A stretch of 64,000 bases of DNA from assembly GCA_036556625.1 (NCBI GenBank), contig DATBJC010000083.1, positions 651 through 64,650 on the forward strand. The letters run 5' to 3'. Shown here piece after piece: positions 27,093 to 36,618 of this stretch; positions within the stretch are counted from its first letter, which is position 1; each line of letters begins with the position of its first letter. Under the pieces are notes generated by a model. It was not told the DNA's origin, did no database searches, and saw nothing but the letters and a program-made list of their open reading frames with translations. A program made the position numbers and the translations under genes. The DNA comes from Gemmatimonadales bacterium. Lineage in GTDB: Bacteria > Gemmatimonadota > Gemmatimonadetes > Gemmatimonadales > GWC2-71-9.

Positions 27093-28631
27093 TCACACGG
27101 TTGCCGCCGGCACCGCGGCCAGCCGCTCGGCCAGCTCTCGCGCGGTCGCCGGTCGATCATCGGGTCGCTTCGCCAGACAGGCGAGTACCACGGCCTCCAA
27201 CTCCGCCGGAATGGGCCGGTCGGTCCGTTGCGACGGCGGATCGGGCGGCTGCTGCAGGTGCTTGAGAATGGTCTGGAGCGGCGTGTCGCCTTCGAAGACC
27301 AGGTGGCCGGTCAGGAGGTAATACGCGACGCAGCCCAGCGAATACAGATCCGCCCGGCCGTCTACCGTACGCTCCTGCGCCATCTCCGGCGCCAGGTACG
27401 CCGGTGTCCCCGGCGTCAGGCCCGCGGCGCCGGTCAGCGACTCTTCACTCGGTCCGGCCATGGACCGCACCAGACCGAAGTCGAGCACCTTCACGAAATC
27501 CTGGCGCAGCCCGAGCCGGCCCAGGTGAATGTTGGCGGGCTTGATGTCCCGGTGGACCAGGCCGTAGGAGTGCGCCTCCTCGAGCGATTCGCACACCTGA
27601 AGCAGAATATGGATGACGCGCTCCGGGGCGAGTGGTCCCTGCTGTCGCACCAGATGCTCGAGATTGTCACCCTCGAGCAGCTCCATCACCAGGTAGAGGG
27701 TGCCCTCGTCGGTCACCCCGAAGTCGTAGAGCTCCACCGTGTGGGGGGATCGCAGCTTCGCCGCCGCCTCGGCCTCGCGGCGGAAGCGGGCCACCGCCGT
27801 CTGCGCCGTGGTGTCATCGCCCGACGCGAGCACTTCGCGCCGGATCAGCTTGATCGCGGCGGGCCGGGCCAGCATGCGATGGGTGGCGAGATAGACCTCG
27901 CCCATACCGCCCCGGCCCAGCAGCTCGCCGAGGCGATAGCTGCCCATCTCCCGCTCCCGGCTCACCTGCTGTCCCAGCCGGGCCATCACGTGAGAGATCA
28001 CCACGGCGGCGCCCAGCATCAGGTAATTGGGGTAATGCATGAGCAGGGCCTCGGCGAGGGAGCCGAACTGGTAGCTCCCGACTGCCTCGGCGACCACCAT
28101 GCCGATGGGGTCCATGGATGCCGCGATGAGGCCTGCCAGCAGCATCTTCCGCGGATCGACCGGCACGATCCCGGCCGTGATGAGAATGATGGGCCCGCTC
28201 CAGGTGATCATGGGCAACGTGCTCGCGGGCACGAACCAGGGCTGGGCCAGGTGGATGAGCACACCCATGCCGAAGGTCATCAGCACCATGTACACCAGCG
28301 CGAGATCCATGACGAACCCGGGGTCGCGCTGGCCGCTGCGCAGGTAGGTGTAGACCGCGAGCGAGACGACCACGCAGCCCAGGGCGATGGCGTCCACGCC
28401 GCCGAACTGCGACCATCGGGGATCGCCGGGATCGGCGAAGTAGAGCGCCACATGCGCCAGCGCCGGCGCCAAGGTCCAGAGGGCGGCCGCGACCAGCGAC
28501 ATGATCTCCACCCGGCGGGTCGCCTGGCGAAGCAGGTCCTCCGGGAGCGGCGGAGCCCGGCCCGGCCCGCTGCGGGGCCCGGTCAGTCCCTCGCGGGTCA
28601 GCCGGCCGATCAGCTTCGGAGTCGGCATCAC
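27093..28631 (-). CDS. Ser/Thr protein kinase with N-terminal 6-TM domain and C-terminal kinase domain
   Basis: Six hydrophobic helices in the first ~230 aa, then GRGGMGEVY, AIKLI, HRDIKPAN, DFG, APE. The start (GTG 28631 or ATG 28628) overlaps the upstream stop. Confidence 0.88.
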   Translation of the reverse strand: MMPTPKLIGRLTREGLTGPRSGPGRAPPLPEDLLRQATRRVEIMSLVAAALWTLAPALAHVALYFADPGDPRWSQFGGVDAIALGCVVVSLAVYTYLRSGQRDPGFVMDLALVYMVLMTFGMGVLIHLAQPWFVPASTLPMITWSGPIILITAGIVPVDPRKMLLAGLIAASMDPIGMVVAEAVGSYQFGSLAEALLMHYPNYLMLGAAVVISHVMARLGQQVSREREMGSYRLGELLGRGGMGEVYLATHRMLARPAAIKLIRREVLASGDDTTAQTAVARFRREAEAAAKLRSPHTVELYDFGVTDEGTLYLVMELLEGDNLEHLVRQQGPLAPERVIHILLQVCESLEEAHSYGLVHRDIKPANIHLGRLGLRQDFVKVLDFGLVRSMAGPSEESLTGAAGLTPGTPAYLAPEMAQERTVDGRADLYSLGCVAYYLLTGHLVFEGDTPLQTILKHLQQPPDPPSQRTDRPIPAELEAVVLACLAKRPDDRPATARELAERLAAVPAATV

Positions 28632-29689
28632 CCGATCCCGGTGACGAAGGCGGCGTACCGCTGCATCGCGCTGGAAACCGCGCGCCGTGCGGTGGGGGTG
28701 AGACGAGCGAACGGCTGCAGCTCGATCTTCATCGAGCCGGCGGCAAGCCGCCGCGACCAGAAGCCCGCCACTCGGCCGTTCACCACCATGGTCGGTCCCA
28801 GCAGCGCCATGCCCTGAATGCGCCCCCGGTTCGCCGAGCTCAGGACCGCGCTTCGATCTTTGTAGGCGACGGTGAACTCATCGAAGGGAGGCAGCAGCAG
28901 GGCGCCGGGGGCGCGACCGTTGGACTCGAGAGCGGATGTCGCGGCCCAGTGGTTCCGTCCGCCGACCTGGAAGGAGACGAGGTGCGCGCTCGCCAGGGCC
29001 AGCGCCTCCGCTACCTCGCTGACCCGCAGGCCGGACCACCAGGCGAAGTCGTGTGCTGTTGCCGGACCGTGACTGGTGAAATAGCGACGGGTCAGCTCAC
29101 CCAGCGCCTCCTCCCGCGGCAGGCGTCGCGCGCCTGGAATCCACTCCTCGAGCAGCACGAAGGTCTGCTGCTTCCCCTCGCGGGGGCCGAAGCAGATCAG
29201 GCCGTCGTGGGCCAGGCTCCAGACGATGTGGGACCCGCGCCCGCCGGCGGTGGAGATCCGCACGTCCTGCAGCACTCGGTAGAGCGCGTCGCGCGTGAGG
29301 CGCCGCCCCCCTTCCAGCGCCCGGGATACCGCCGCCGCGCTCCGGGCGAGAGCCCTGCGGTCGAGCCCTAGGTCCGACAGCCGCCCGGATGCCGCGGCGA
29401 GGACGCGCGGGGTCAAGAGCTCCAGCATCCAGCGCACGTCCTCCGCGGCCACGAAGTGCAGTGTGCCGCGCATCGGCCAGGTGCGGACGATGCTGCGGTC
29501 GGCGATGGCGCGTTCGATGGTGGCCTCGGTCGCATGCCGGCTCCGAACGCCGATGGCCCAGAGGGAGCCGAGATAGTCCTGCGCCTGGACGGCGCCCAGC
29601 CAGCGGACCACATCGGCTGGAGTGTCGAGAGGCGTGGCCGTAAGACGCTGATTATAGAGGCGTTGCTGGGGCAGCTTCGGGGGCGTCAT
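28628..29689 (-). CDS. winged-helix DNA-binding protein of the AlkZ/YcaQ (DUF1006) family
   Basis: ATG 29689. RLYNQRL, VVRWLGAVQAQDY (Q-x-Q), RTWPMRGTLHF, RRYFTSHGPAT..DFAWWSG family pattern. Confidence 0.78.
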   Translation of the reverse strand: MTPPKLPQQRLYNQRLTATPLDTPADVVRWLGAVQAQDYLGSLWAIGVRSRHATEATIERAIADRSIVRTWPMRGTLHFVAAEDVRWMLELLTPRVLAAASGRLSDLGLDRRALARSAAAVSRALEGGRRLTRDALYRVLQDVRISTAGGRGSHIVWSLAHDGLICFGPREGKQQTFVLLEEWIPGARRLPREEALGELTRRYFTSHGPATAHDFAWWSGLRVSEVAEALALASAHLVSFQVGGRNHWAATSALESNGRAPGALLLPPFDEFTVAYKDRSAVLSSANRGRIQGMALLGPTMVVNGRVAGFWSRRLAAGSMKIELQPFARLTPTARRAVSSAMQRYAAFVTGIG

Positions 29690-29858
29690 GCGGCGGAATA
29701 ATAGCGAATCCAGTCCCGGAAGGATTTTCCGACTCGACTTTTGGGACGACAGGGAAAAACTAGAGGCGCTCCGCACCGCCAGGTGCGCATGGCAGGCAGA
29801 GCATGCCTTTCCGAAATCCCGCACCATGTTTGTTCAACGAATCCGCTGGAGAACTTCC

Positions 29859-30827
29859 ATGACCCTTCGGTTCCCCCTGGTAAGGCTCGGCGTCGTCACG
29901 ATGGCGCTGGGCCTGGCCGCGTGTGACGAGCCCACTGGCAATACATCGATGAGTGAGACGGACCACGCTTCGCTGGCGTCGGTCGAGGCCGGTCTGTCGG
30001 CCATGATGGACAATGCAAACGTGTCTTTAGCTGCTGCCGGCAAGGACTACAGAGTGGCCATAGCCGAATATGTCACCAAGCCGTCGGGAGAAGATTTCGG
30101 CGGAACAGTGCTGGCGAAGAATGTGGGGAACAAGCGGCTGACGGCCGATTTTGTGCCCCACGACCCGAACCGTGAAGCCTGGAGCGGACCTTCGGGTGGG
30201 AGCAGCGACAACATCACCTACGCAGTGGACCAGACCGGCGACGCGGTACCGCCCCTGGGCGGTCTCACCGGCGCCCAGACCGATGCCGCGATCGTGAGCG
30301 CGATGAACACCTGGAACGGAGTCAACTGTTCGGACCTCGGCCTGGTCAGAAACCCCGCTCCCGGCACCGACATCGGGTTCATTGCCGCGCTCAACGGTCT
30401 CGGCGGCAGCTTGGCCATCGTGGGGGACGTACAGCACGCCGGCTGGCGTGACATCAATTTTGCCGGAAGCATCCTCGGTGTCACCTTCACGCTCATCTTC
30501 ACCGATGCTGCCAACAACCCCATCGACCAGGACGGCAACGGACTGCCGGACGTCGCCTTCCGTGAGATCTACTACGATCCCAGCTTCAGCTGGGCCAACG
30601 ACGGCGTGGATGACAACGACATCGACGTCGAGTCGGTCGCGGTTCACGAGGCCGGCCACGGCCTGAGCCAGGCGCACTTCGGGAAGGTCTGGCTCAAGAA
30701 CGACGGCAGCCTCGAGCGGTCGCCGATGGCCGTCATGAATGCCATCTACTCGGAGCCGTTCCGCGCCCTGGCGGGCACGGACAACGGCGGGCACTGCAGC
30801 AACTGGGCGCAGTGGCCCAACAACTGA
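29859..30827 (+). CDS. metzincin-like zinc metalloprotease lipoprotein
   Basis: ATG 29859 with GGAG 7 nt upstream. Lipobox LGLAAC. HEAGHGLSQAH (HExxHxxxxxH) followed by a possible Met-turn (AVMNAIY). Confidence 0.75.
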   Translation: MTLRFPLVRLGVVTMALGLAACDEPTGNTSMSETDHASLASVEAGLSAMMDNANVSLAAAGKDYRVAIAEYVTKPSGEDFGGTVLAKNVGNKRLTADFVPHDPNREAWSGPSGGSSDNITYAVDQTGDAVPPLGGLTGAQTDAAIVSAMNTWNGVNCSDLGLVRNPAPGTDIGFIAALNGLGGSLAIVGDVQHAGWRDINFAGSILGVTFTLIFTDAANNPIDQDGNGLPDVAFREIYYDPSFSWANDGVDDNDIDVESVAVHEAGHGLSQAHFGKVWLKNDGSLERSPMAVMNAIYSEPFRALAGTDNGGHCSNWAQWPNN

Positions 30828-30969
30828 TGGGCTGATTGACGGACGCAGCGGGTCGGCCGCGCACGGCCGGCCCGCTGTGTTTTTCGGAGTCGCTCACCTC
30901 TTGCCTTGGGAGGATGCCGCTTCATACTGTGACCATGCTTCCGGCGTCCCCCCTACTCGGAGCGATTCC

Positions 30970-32100
30970 ATGGCCCGATATCTTGCGACTGCGTCCGCGG
31001 CGGCCGCGCTGGCCGCGGCGGTGATCCTCGCCTGCGCTGATCCGTCGTCGCCGACACCCGATTCCACGCCCGCCCTCTCTCCCGATGAATCCACCGCCGC
31101 CGCCGTCACGGCTCCCACGCTGGACCCGCAGCGCAGCGGCACCAGGAACCGGCTTCAGGCGATCAGCCCGGTCAACAGCCAGGTGGTCTGGGCCAGCGGC
31201 GTGGGCGGCACCTTCGCGCGCACGACGAATGGAGGCCAGAGCTGGCATGCCGGTGTGGTGCCGGGCGCGCGGACGCTGGAGTTCCGCGACGTGCACGGCG
31301 TGAGTGCGAACGAGGCGTATCTGCTCGCCGCCGGCGTGGGCACGGCTTCCCGGATCTACAAGACGGTGAACGGCGGACAGACCTGGGAGCTCCAGTTCCA
31401 GAACCAGCTCGCCGCCGCCTTCTACGACTGCTTCGATTTCTGGACCCCCAATCGCGGCCTCACCTTCAGCGATCCGGTCAACGGCCTCTTCCCGGTGGTC
31501 CGCACCCGCAACGGCGGCGAGACCTGGAACCGGATCGCCCGGAAGCTGCCCCCCGCCTTGCCGGGCGAGTTCGCCTTCGCGGCCAGCGGCACCTGCGTGG
31601 ACACGCAGGGTGAGGACCGCGGGTGGATCGGCACCGGCGGCGAGTCCGGCGCCAGGATCCTCGCCACCACCGACGGAGGGAACACCTGGAAGGCCTACGC
31701 CACGCCGATCGTGCAGGGTACGGCGGGCTCGGGCATCTTCACTGTGCAGTTCCGCGATGCCATCCACGGCATCCTGGCCGGCGGGGATCTGGAGTCGTCC
31801 GCCGCATTCTCGAACAACGTGGCGGTATCGAAGAACGGGGGAAAAACCTGGACCCTGGTGAACGGCACACCGTTTCCAGGCGCCGTCTTCGGCCTGAGCT
31901 ACGTGCCGGTGACCGGACCCGGACAGAACCCCCGGGTCGTCGTCGCGACCGGGCCGGGCGGTGCCGCGTGGACGGCGAACGAGGGCAGGCGCTGGCATCT
32001 CATTCCCGACGTGGAAGGCTTCTGGGCCGTCGCCTTCGCTGATTTCGCGCACGGCTGGCTGGTAGGCACCGAAGGGAGAATCGTCAAACTCGTCTTCTGA
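30970..32100 (+). CDS. BNR/Asp-box beta-propeller lipoprotein (Ycf48-like)
   Basis: ATG 30970. Lipobox VILAC. Repeated GGQSW, GGQTW, GGETW, GGNTW, GGKTW motifs. Confidence 0.75.
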   Translation: MARYLATASAAAALAAAVILACADPSSPTPDSTPALSPDESTAAAVTAPTLDPQRSGTRNRLQAISPVNSQVVWASGVGGTFARTTNGGQSWHAGVVPGARTLEFRDVHGVSANEAYLLAAGVGTASRIYKTVNGGQTWELQFQNQLAAAFYDCFDFWTPNRGLTFSDPVNGLFPVVRTRNGGETWNRIARKLPPALPGEFAFAASGTCVDTQGEDRGWIGTGGESGARILATTDGGNTWKAYATPIVQGTAGSGIFTVQFRDAIHGILAGGDLESSAAFSNNVAVSKNGGKTWTLVNGTPFPGAVFGLSYVPVTGPGQNPRVVVATGPGGAAWTANEGRRWHLIPDVEGFWAVAFADFAHGWLVGTEGRIVKLVF

Positions 32101-32238
32101 CTTGCCTCACTGGCTCTTTCGGTTTATGTTCGGTGACGTAACAGTCTCGTCACGAGACCCGGGATTTGTCTCGCCGGGAGGGGCTCGCTCGACTATCTCG
32201 AAGAAACCGGTGCTCGCGCTGTCTCGTCGTTTCCCGAT

Positions 32239-32664
32239 ATGACACAGACGGACGGGAATGCTATGAACAGTGTTGCCTGGATCCAGCGCATTCTGGAGGA
32301 CGCCTTCGCCACCCGGCGCTTCGACGCGCTGGCCGCCCACCTTGCCGACGACGTCATCTTCGAAGTCACCCCTCCCGAGGGCGGCCGCTCCGCGCCGGAG
32401 CAGCGGGGCAAGGCGGCCGTGGTGGACTACTTCACCAGCCTCGGTGACATCGTCACCTTCTGGCGAGTCCAGTGCTTCGGTGATGGCGAGCGGGTCGTGG
32501 CGGTCGGGGCGGAGAGCTTCACCATCCCTCGCACCAGTGTCACTCTGGACGGTGAGTTCGCCATCCTGCTCCACATCTGTGACCGAGTGATCACCCGCTT
32601 CCTCATCATCGAGGCCTTGTCGGAGCCGGCGGAGCTGGAGGAGATGGTGGCGGAAAAAGCGTAG
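32239..32664 (+). CDS. SnoaL/NTF2-like fold protein
   Basis: About 135 aa with the alpha+beta cone pattern (FDALAAHLADDVIFEV...). The start is ATG 32239 or 32263. Confidence 0.6.
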   Translation: MTQTDGNAMNSVAWIQRILEDAFATRRFDALAAHLADDVIFEVTPPEGGRSAPEQRGKAAVVDYFTSLGDIVTFWRVQCFGDGERVVAVGAESFTIPRTSVTLDGEFAILLHICDRVITRFLIIEALSEPAELEEMVAEKA

Positions 32665-32688
32665 CTCTTCAGCCGGCAGCTCTCCGAC

Positions 32689-32722
32689 AAAAGCACACCG
32701 CGGCCCGGCCGGTGTGCTTTTT
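32689..32722. terminator. bidirectional intrinsic terminator between convergent genes
   Basis: AAAAGCACACCG-cggcccggc-CGGTGTGCTTTTT. 8-bp GC-rich stem (32693-32700 / 32710-32717) flanked by an A-run and a T-run. Confidence 0.7.
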
Positions 32723-32750
32723 GGCTGATGGCTGATCGCTGATGATCGAT
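32723..32750. repeat. short heptamer tandem repeat
   Basis: GGCTGAT GGCTGAT CGCTGAT GATCGAT, then GGCT. Lies directly after the terminator T-run and before the stop at 32759. Confidence 0.6.
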
Positions 32751-32758
32751 GGCTCCAA

Positions 32759-33337
32759 CTAGGTCACTTCGCCTGTCGCATTCCCGATCACCCCTACCAA
32801 ATCATCGGGTGCCCGGGCGCGGCACTCGCGCCGCAGGTCCTCCACGTCGGCCGCCAGGAAGCTCCCCAGCATGCCGTCCATCGTGATCTCGAAGGCCGGC
32901 AGCTCCTTCTTGGCCACGCTGTTGGAGTACATCGCCATGACGGCCCGGTCGTCGAACTTGTAGAACGAGTAGGTGGGATACCGGCCGAACAGCCACACCT
33001 GGACCGGTTTCCGGTAGTCGCGGGCCAGCCGAGCGAAATAGCGATAGGCATCCTCCACCATCGCGGGAATCAGGGGGCCGTCGTCGAAGTGCTTCTCCAG
33101 GGAAAACATCAGCTCGTGGTTCTCCAGGTCAGGGAGAAAGACCTCGACCCTGGTTCCTTCCCGGCCGAGAAACGCCTTGATGGCAGCGTCGTGGTTCTCC
33201 CGCCAGCGTCGCGAGTGAATGAAATACAGCACCATGGAGCTGGAGGCCGCGATCAGCTCGTCGAACCGCGATACGAAGCCGGCGAAGGGCGCGATGCGGA
33301 TGATGCCAGGCTCGGGCGCGGCGGGCGGAAGGGTCAT
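32759..33337 (-). CDS. hypothetical protein (orphan)
   Basis: 192-aa ORF with coding-like composition and no motif recognised. Divergent from the kinase at 33456. Confidence 0.6.
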   Translation of the reverse strand: MTLPPAAPEPGIIRIAPFAGFVSRFDELIAASSSMVLYFIHSRRWRENHDAAIKAFLGREGTRVEVFLPDLENHELMFSLEKHFDDGPLIPAMVEDAYRYFARLARDYRKPVQVWLFGRYPTYSFYKFDDRAVMAMYSNSVAKKELPAFEITMDGMLGSFLAADVEDLRRECRARAPDDLVGVIGNATGEVT

Positions 33338-33455
33338 GGGAGGATGCTATCGCACTCCCGCGAGCCGAGCAAATCAGAGCGTGCCTCGCGGATCGAGGCT
33401 GGCGTCCCGGTGCCGGCTTGGGCAGATTCCGCCAATTCCCACGCCCGACCGCTCC

Positions 33456-36131
33456 GTGCCCGAGATCGCCAACCCGCTGACTGAGGCCCTCCGCGACCGC
33501 TACCACTTGGAGCGCGTGCTGGGCCGGGGCGGAATGGCCACCGTCTATCTGGCCCGCGACCTCAAGCACGACCGCCACGTCGCGCTCAAGGTCCTCGATG
33601 CCGACGTCGCCGCCTCGGTCGGGCCCGAGCGATTCCAGCGGGAGATCAGGCTCGCCGCGCGTCTGCAGCACCCCCACATCCTTTCGGTGTACGACTCCGG
33701 CGAAGCGGCCGGCCGGCTCTGGTTCTCCATGCCCTACGTGCGCGGTGAGAGCCTGCGCGACCGGCTGCGCCGCGAGGGTGTTCTGCCGATCGAGGAAGCC
33801 CTCCGGATCATCAGGGAAGCGGTTCAGGCGCTCGGCTCCGCCCACCGCGAGGGCGTGGTGCACCGGGATGTGAAGCCGGAGAACCTGCTGCTCACTGAAG
33901 ACGGCTCGACCCAGGTGGCGGACTTCGGGATCGCGCGGGCGGTGGACACCCAGCCCGAGCAGGGACTGACCGAGTTCGGCGTGGCGCTGGGCACCCCGGC
34001 CTACATGGCGCCGGAGCAATCGTCGGGTGACGGCTCGGTGGACGCGCGAGCCGATCAGTACGCGCTGGCCGCGACCTGTCACGAGATGCTGGCGGGGGCA
34101 CCGCCGTTCACCGGCGCCACCTCCCACGATCTCATCGTGCGTCGGTTCACCAGCCCGGTTCCCAGCGTCCGCGCCTCCCGCCCCGAGGTGCCGCAGTCGG
34201 TGGACGCCGCCCTCCGGCGAGCGCTCGCGCTCAAGCCGGACGACCGATTCGACACCATCGCCGAGTTCGGCGCGGCACTGGGAGGCACCGCGGTCACTCC
34301 GACGAGCGCCCCCGCGCTCACACCCGCCGGTCTGCGCGGGAGGCTCGCGCCGGTGCTGTGGACCCTCGGCGTGGTGGCGCTGCTCATTGGAAGCGGGTTC
34401 CTGCTCCGGCGCGGCCTCGATCCCTGGGCCGCCGGCGCCGCCGGGCCGGGCGACGCGGCCGGTGCCACCCGCCTGGCGGTCCTGCCCTTCGAGAATCTGG
34501 GGGATTCGGTCGACGCCTACTTCGCGGACGGCATCGCCGACGAGGTGCGCGGGAAGCTCGCCGGACTCTCCGGGCTCGAGGTGATCGCTCGATCGAGCTC
34601 CAGCCAGTACCGGGAGAGCGGGAAATCGCCCGGAGAGATCGCGCGGGACCTGGACGTCAAGTATCTGCTGACCGGCACGGTGCGCTGGGAAAAGCGGCCG
34701 GGCCGGGCCACCCGGGTGCGGGTGATCCCGGAGCTGGTGGACGCGCGAAGCGGCGCCACCCGCTGGCAGAAGTCGTTCGATGCCGCGCTGACCGACGTGT
34801 TCGAGATCCAGGGGCGGATCGCGGCGGACGTGGCCGACGAGCTGAACATCGCCCTGGCCGAGCCGGCCCGGCGCGGGCTCACCGCTCGTCCCACCGAGAG
34901 CCTGGAGGCGTACACCCTCTATCTGCACGGCAAGGAGCTGCGGGGCGGGGAAGTGGCCCCCGAGGCGCTGCGCGGGGCGCTGTCGGCCTTCCAGCGCGCG
35001 GTGCAGCTGGATCCCGGGTTCGCCGATGCCTGGGCCGAGCTGGCCGCGGCGCACGTGGACGCGCTTCGGCTGGGCGGCATGCGGACCGACGACGCGGAGG
35101 CCGCCCGGCGGGCGGTCGAGCGCGCCGTGACGTTGGCTCCGGAGTCGCCCGGCACCCGCAAGGCCCGCGGCCGCTACGCGCACGTGGTGCAGGGGAACGC
35201 CGACGCCGCGTTGGCGGAGTATCAGGCCGCCCTCCGCACCGCCCCCAATCGAAGCGATCTGCTCGACGTCGCCGCCAGCGCCGAGAGCGACCTCGGCTTG
35301 TGGAACGAGGCGGTGGAGAACCTGGAGCACGCCGCCCGGATCGATCCCCAGTCCGCCGAGGTGATCGGCGATCTGGGCGCGATCTACACCAGGGTGCGGC
35401 GCTACGCCGACGCGCGGGCCGCGCTGGAGCGAGCCAGAGCGCTGCGCCCCTCCAGCATGAGCCTGGCGCACAGCCGGGCGCGACTCGCCGCCTCGGAGGG
35501 CGATCTCCAGGCGATCCGCGAGGTGTATCGCTCGATGGAAGAGATCGTGGGCCGGCGGCGAGTGGTGGCCTACGTGGCGCTGCGGCAGGACTTGATCTGG
35601 GCGCTGGACGACGCGCAGCAGCGGGCGCTGCTGCAGCTGACGCCGGCCGATCTCGACGGGGGGCGGGCCGACTGGGCGGTGGCGCAGGCCGACGTGCACT
35701 GGCTGCGCGGCCACCGGATGCTGGCCCGGGTCTACGGCGACAGCGCGGCCTCGGCGTTCACCGAGCTGATCGCGGGATACGGCGAGCAGGTGGATCGCTA
35801 TCAGCTCATCGCGGTCCGCGCGCTCTCACTGGCCTATGCGGGCCGCGAGAGGGACGCGATCGCGGAAGCGCTTCGGGCGGAGGCGGAGCAGCCCAAGGGC
35901 CAGATCAGCCAGACCGCCTACGTCCGCTACATCGTGGCCCGGGTGCACCTGCTGGCCGGCCGGCCCGAGGCGGCGCTCGACCGGCTGGAGACGCTGGTGG
36001 ACCAGCCCGGGATCATGTCGCGCGACTTCCTCCGGATCGACCCCAACTTCGCGCCGCTGCGGGGGGATCCAAGGTTCCTCCGGCTGGTCGGAGGAGAAGG
36101 TGAGACGGACACCGCGCAGATATTACCTTGA
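33456..36131 (+). CDS. Hanks-type Ser/Thr protein kinase with TM, TolB-N-like module and TPR repeats
   Basis: GRGGMATVY, ALKVL, HRDVKPEN, DFG, APE. TM (VLWTLGVVALLIGSGFLL). LAVLPFENLGDS. TPR-like tail. The start is uncertain (GTG 33456 or ATG 33336). Confidence 0.88.
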   Translation: MPEIANPLTEALRDRYHLERVLGRGGMATVYLARDLKHDRHVALKVLDADVAASVGPERFQREIRLAARLQHPHILSVYDSGEAAGRLWFSMPYVRGESLRDRLRREGVLPIEEALRIIREAVQALGSAHREGVVHRDVKPENLLLTEDGSTQVADFGIARAVDTQPEQGLTEFGVALGTPAYMAPEQSSGDGSVDARADQYALAATCHEMLAGAPPFTGATSHDLIVRRFTSPVPSVRASRPEVPQSVDAALRRALALKPDDRFDTIAEFGAALGGTAVTPTSAPALTPAGLRGRLAPVLWTLGVVALLIGSGFLLRRGLDPWAAGAAGPGDAAGATRLAVLPFENLGDSVDAYFADGIADEVRGKLAGLSGLEVIARSSSSQYRESGKSPGEIARDLDVKYLLTGTVRWEKRPGRATRVRVIPELVDARSGATRWQKSFDAALTDVFEIQGRIAADVADELNIALAEPARRGLTARPTESLEAYTLYLHGKELRGGEVAPEALRGALSAFQRAVQLDPGFADAWAELAAAHVDALRLGGMRTDDAEAARRAVERAVTLAPESPGTRKARGRYAHVVQGNADAALAEYQAALRTAPNRSDLLDVAASAESDLGLWNEAVENLEHAARIDPQSAEVIGDLGAIYTRVRRYADARAALERARALRPSSMSLAHSRARLAASEGDLQAIREVYRSMEEIVGRRRVVAYVALRQDLIWALDDAQQRALLQLTPADLDGGRADWAVAQADVHWLRGHRMLARVYGDSAASAFTELIAGYGEQVDRYQLIAVRALSLAYAGRERDAIAEALRAEAEQPKGQISQTAYVRYIVARVHLLAGRPEAALDRLETLVDQPGIMSRDFLRIDPNFAPLRGDPRFLRLVGGEGETDTAQILP

Positions 36132-36140
36132 GCGCAGCGA

Positions 36141-36164
36141 GGGGCCATCCCCGCCATGGTCCCC
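36141..36164. terminator. hairpin between convergent genes
   Basis: GGGGCCAT-ccccgcc-ATGG(T)CCCC, an 8-bp stem with a one-base bulge, followed by a T-containing stretch. Confidence 0.35.
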
Positions 36165-36198
36165 TTCACTTCGTTCAGGGTGACCCTATCAGCACCCG

Positions 36199-36603
36199 TC
36201 ACCTTCGATACAGATACGCCACCAGCAGACCCAGCAGCACCAGCAGAATCCCGTCGTACACGATCTGCTTCACCACCATGGCCCCGGGCATCGGCTGCAC
36301 GACGTAATAGATCATGTACGTCGGCACGATGGTGAGCAGGGCCACCGCCACTCCGAAGCGCACCCCTTGCCCCACCCACGGCGTATCCTCGACCCCTCTG
36401 GCGTAGATCCACACCAGCGCCCCGGCCAGGATGGCGTGCGCCAGCAGCATCAGCGGGAAGAGCTTGCCGGACTCCGCCTCCGGGCGGAAGAGGTTCGGGA
36501 GCGAGGCGTAGTCGGCCCCGAGCAGGAGGCCGTGCACCACGAAGCTCCCCGCCATCCAGGCGACGAAGACGATGATCCACGCCATGATGAAGCGCTTGCC
36601 CAT
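36199..36603 (-). CDS. small integral membrane protein (DUF1761-like impression)
   Basis: Four hydrophobic helices in 134 aa. Confidence 0.6.
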   Translation of the reverse strand: MGKRFIMAWIIVFVAWMAGSFVVHGLLLGADYASLPNLFRPEAESGKLFPLMLLAHAILAGALVWIYARGVEDTPWVGQGVRFGVAVALLTIVPTYMIYYVVQPMPGAMVVKQIVYDGILLVLLGLLVAYLYRR

Positions 36604-36618
36604 GAGCCCTCCAGGATA

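Noticed and set aside
33129-35714. 861-aa minus-strand ORF, the longest ORF opposite a called gene
   Set aside because: It lies entirely antisense to the Ser/Thr kinase, which has unmistakable catalytic motifs. Its translation is Arg/Gly/Pro/Ala-rich with no domain pattern. Long stop-free antisense frames are expected in high-G+C DNA.
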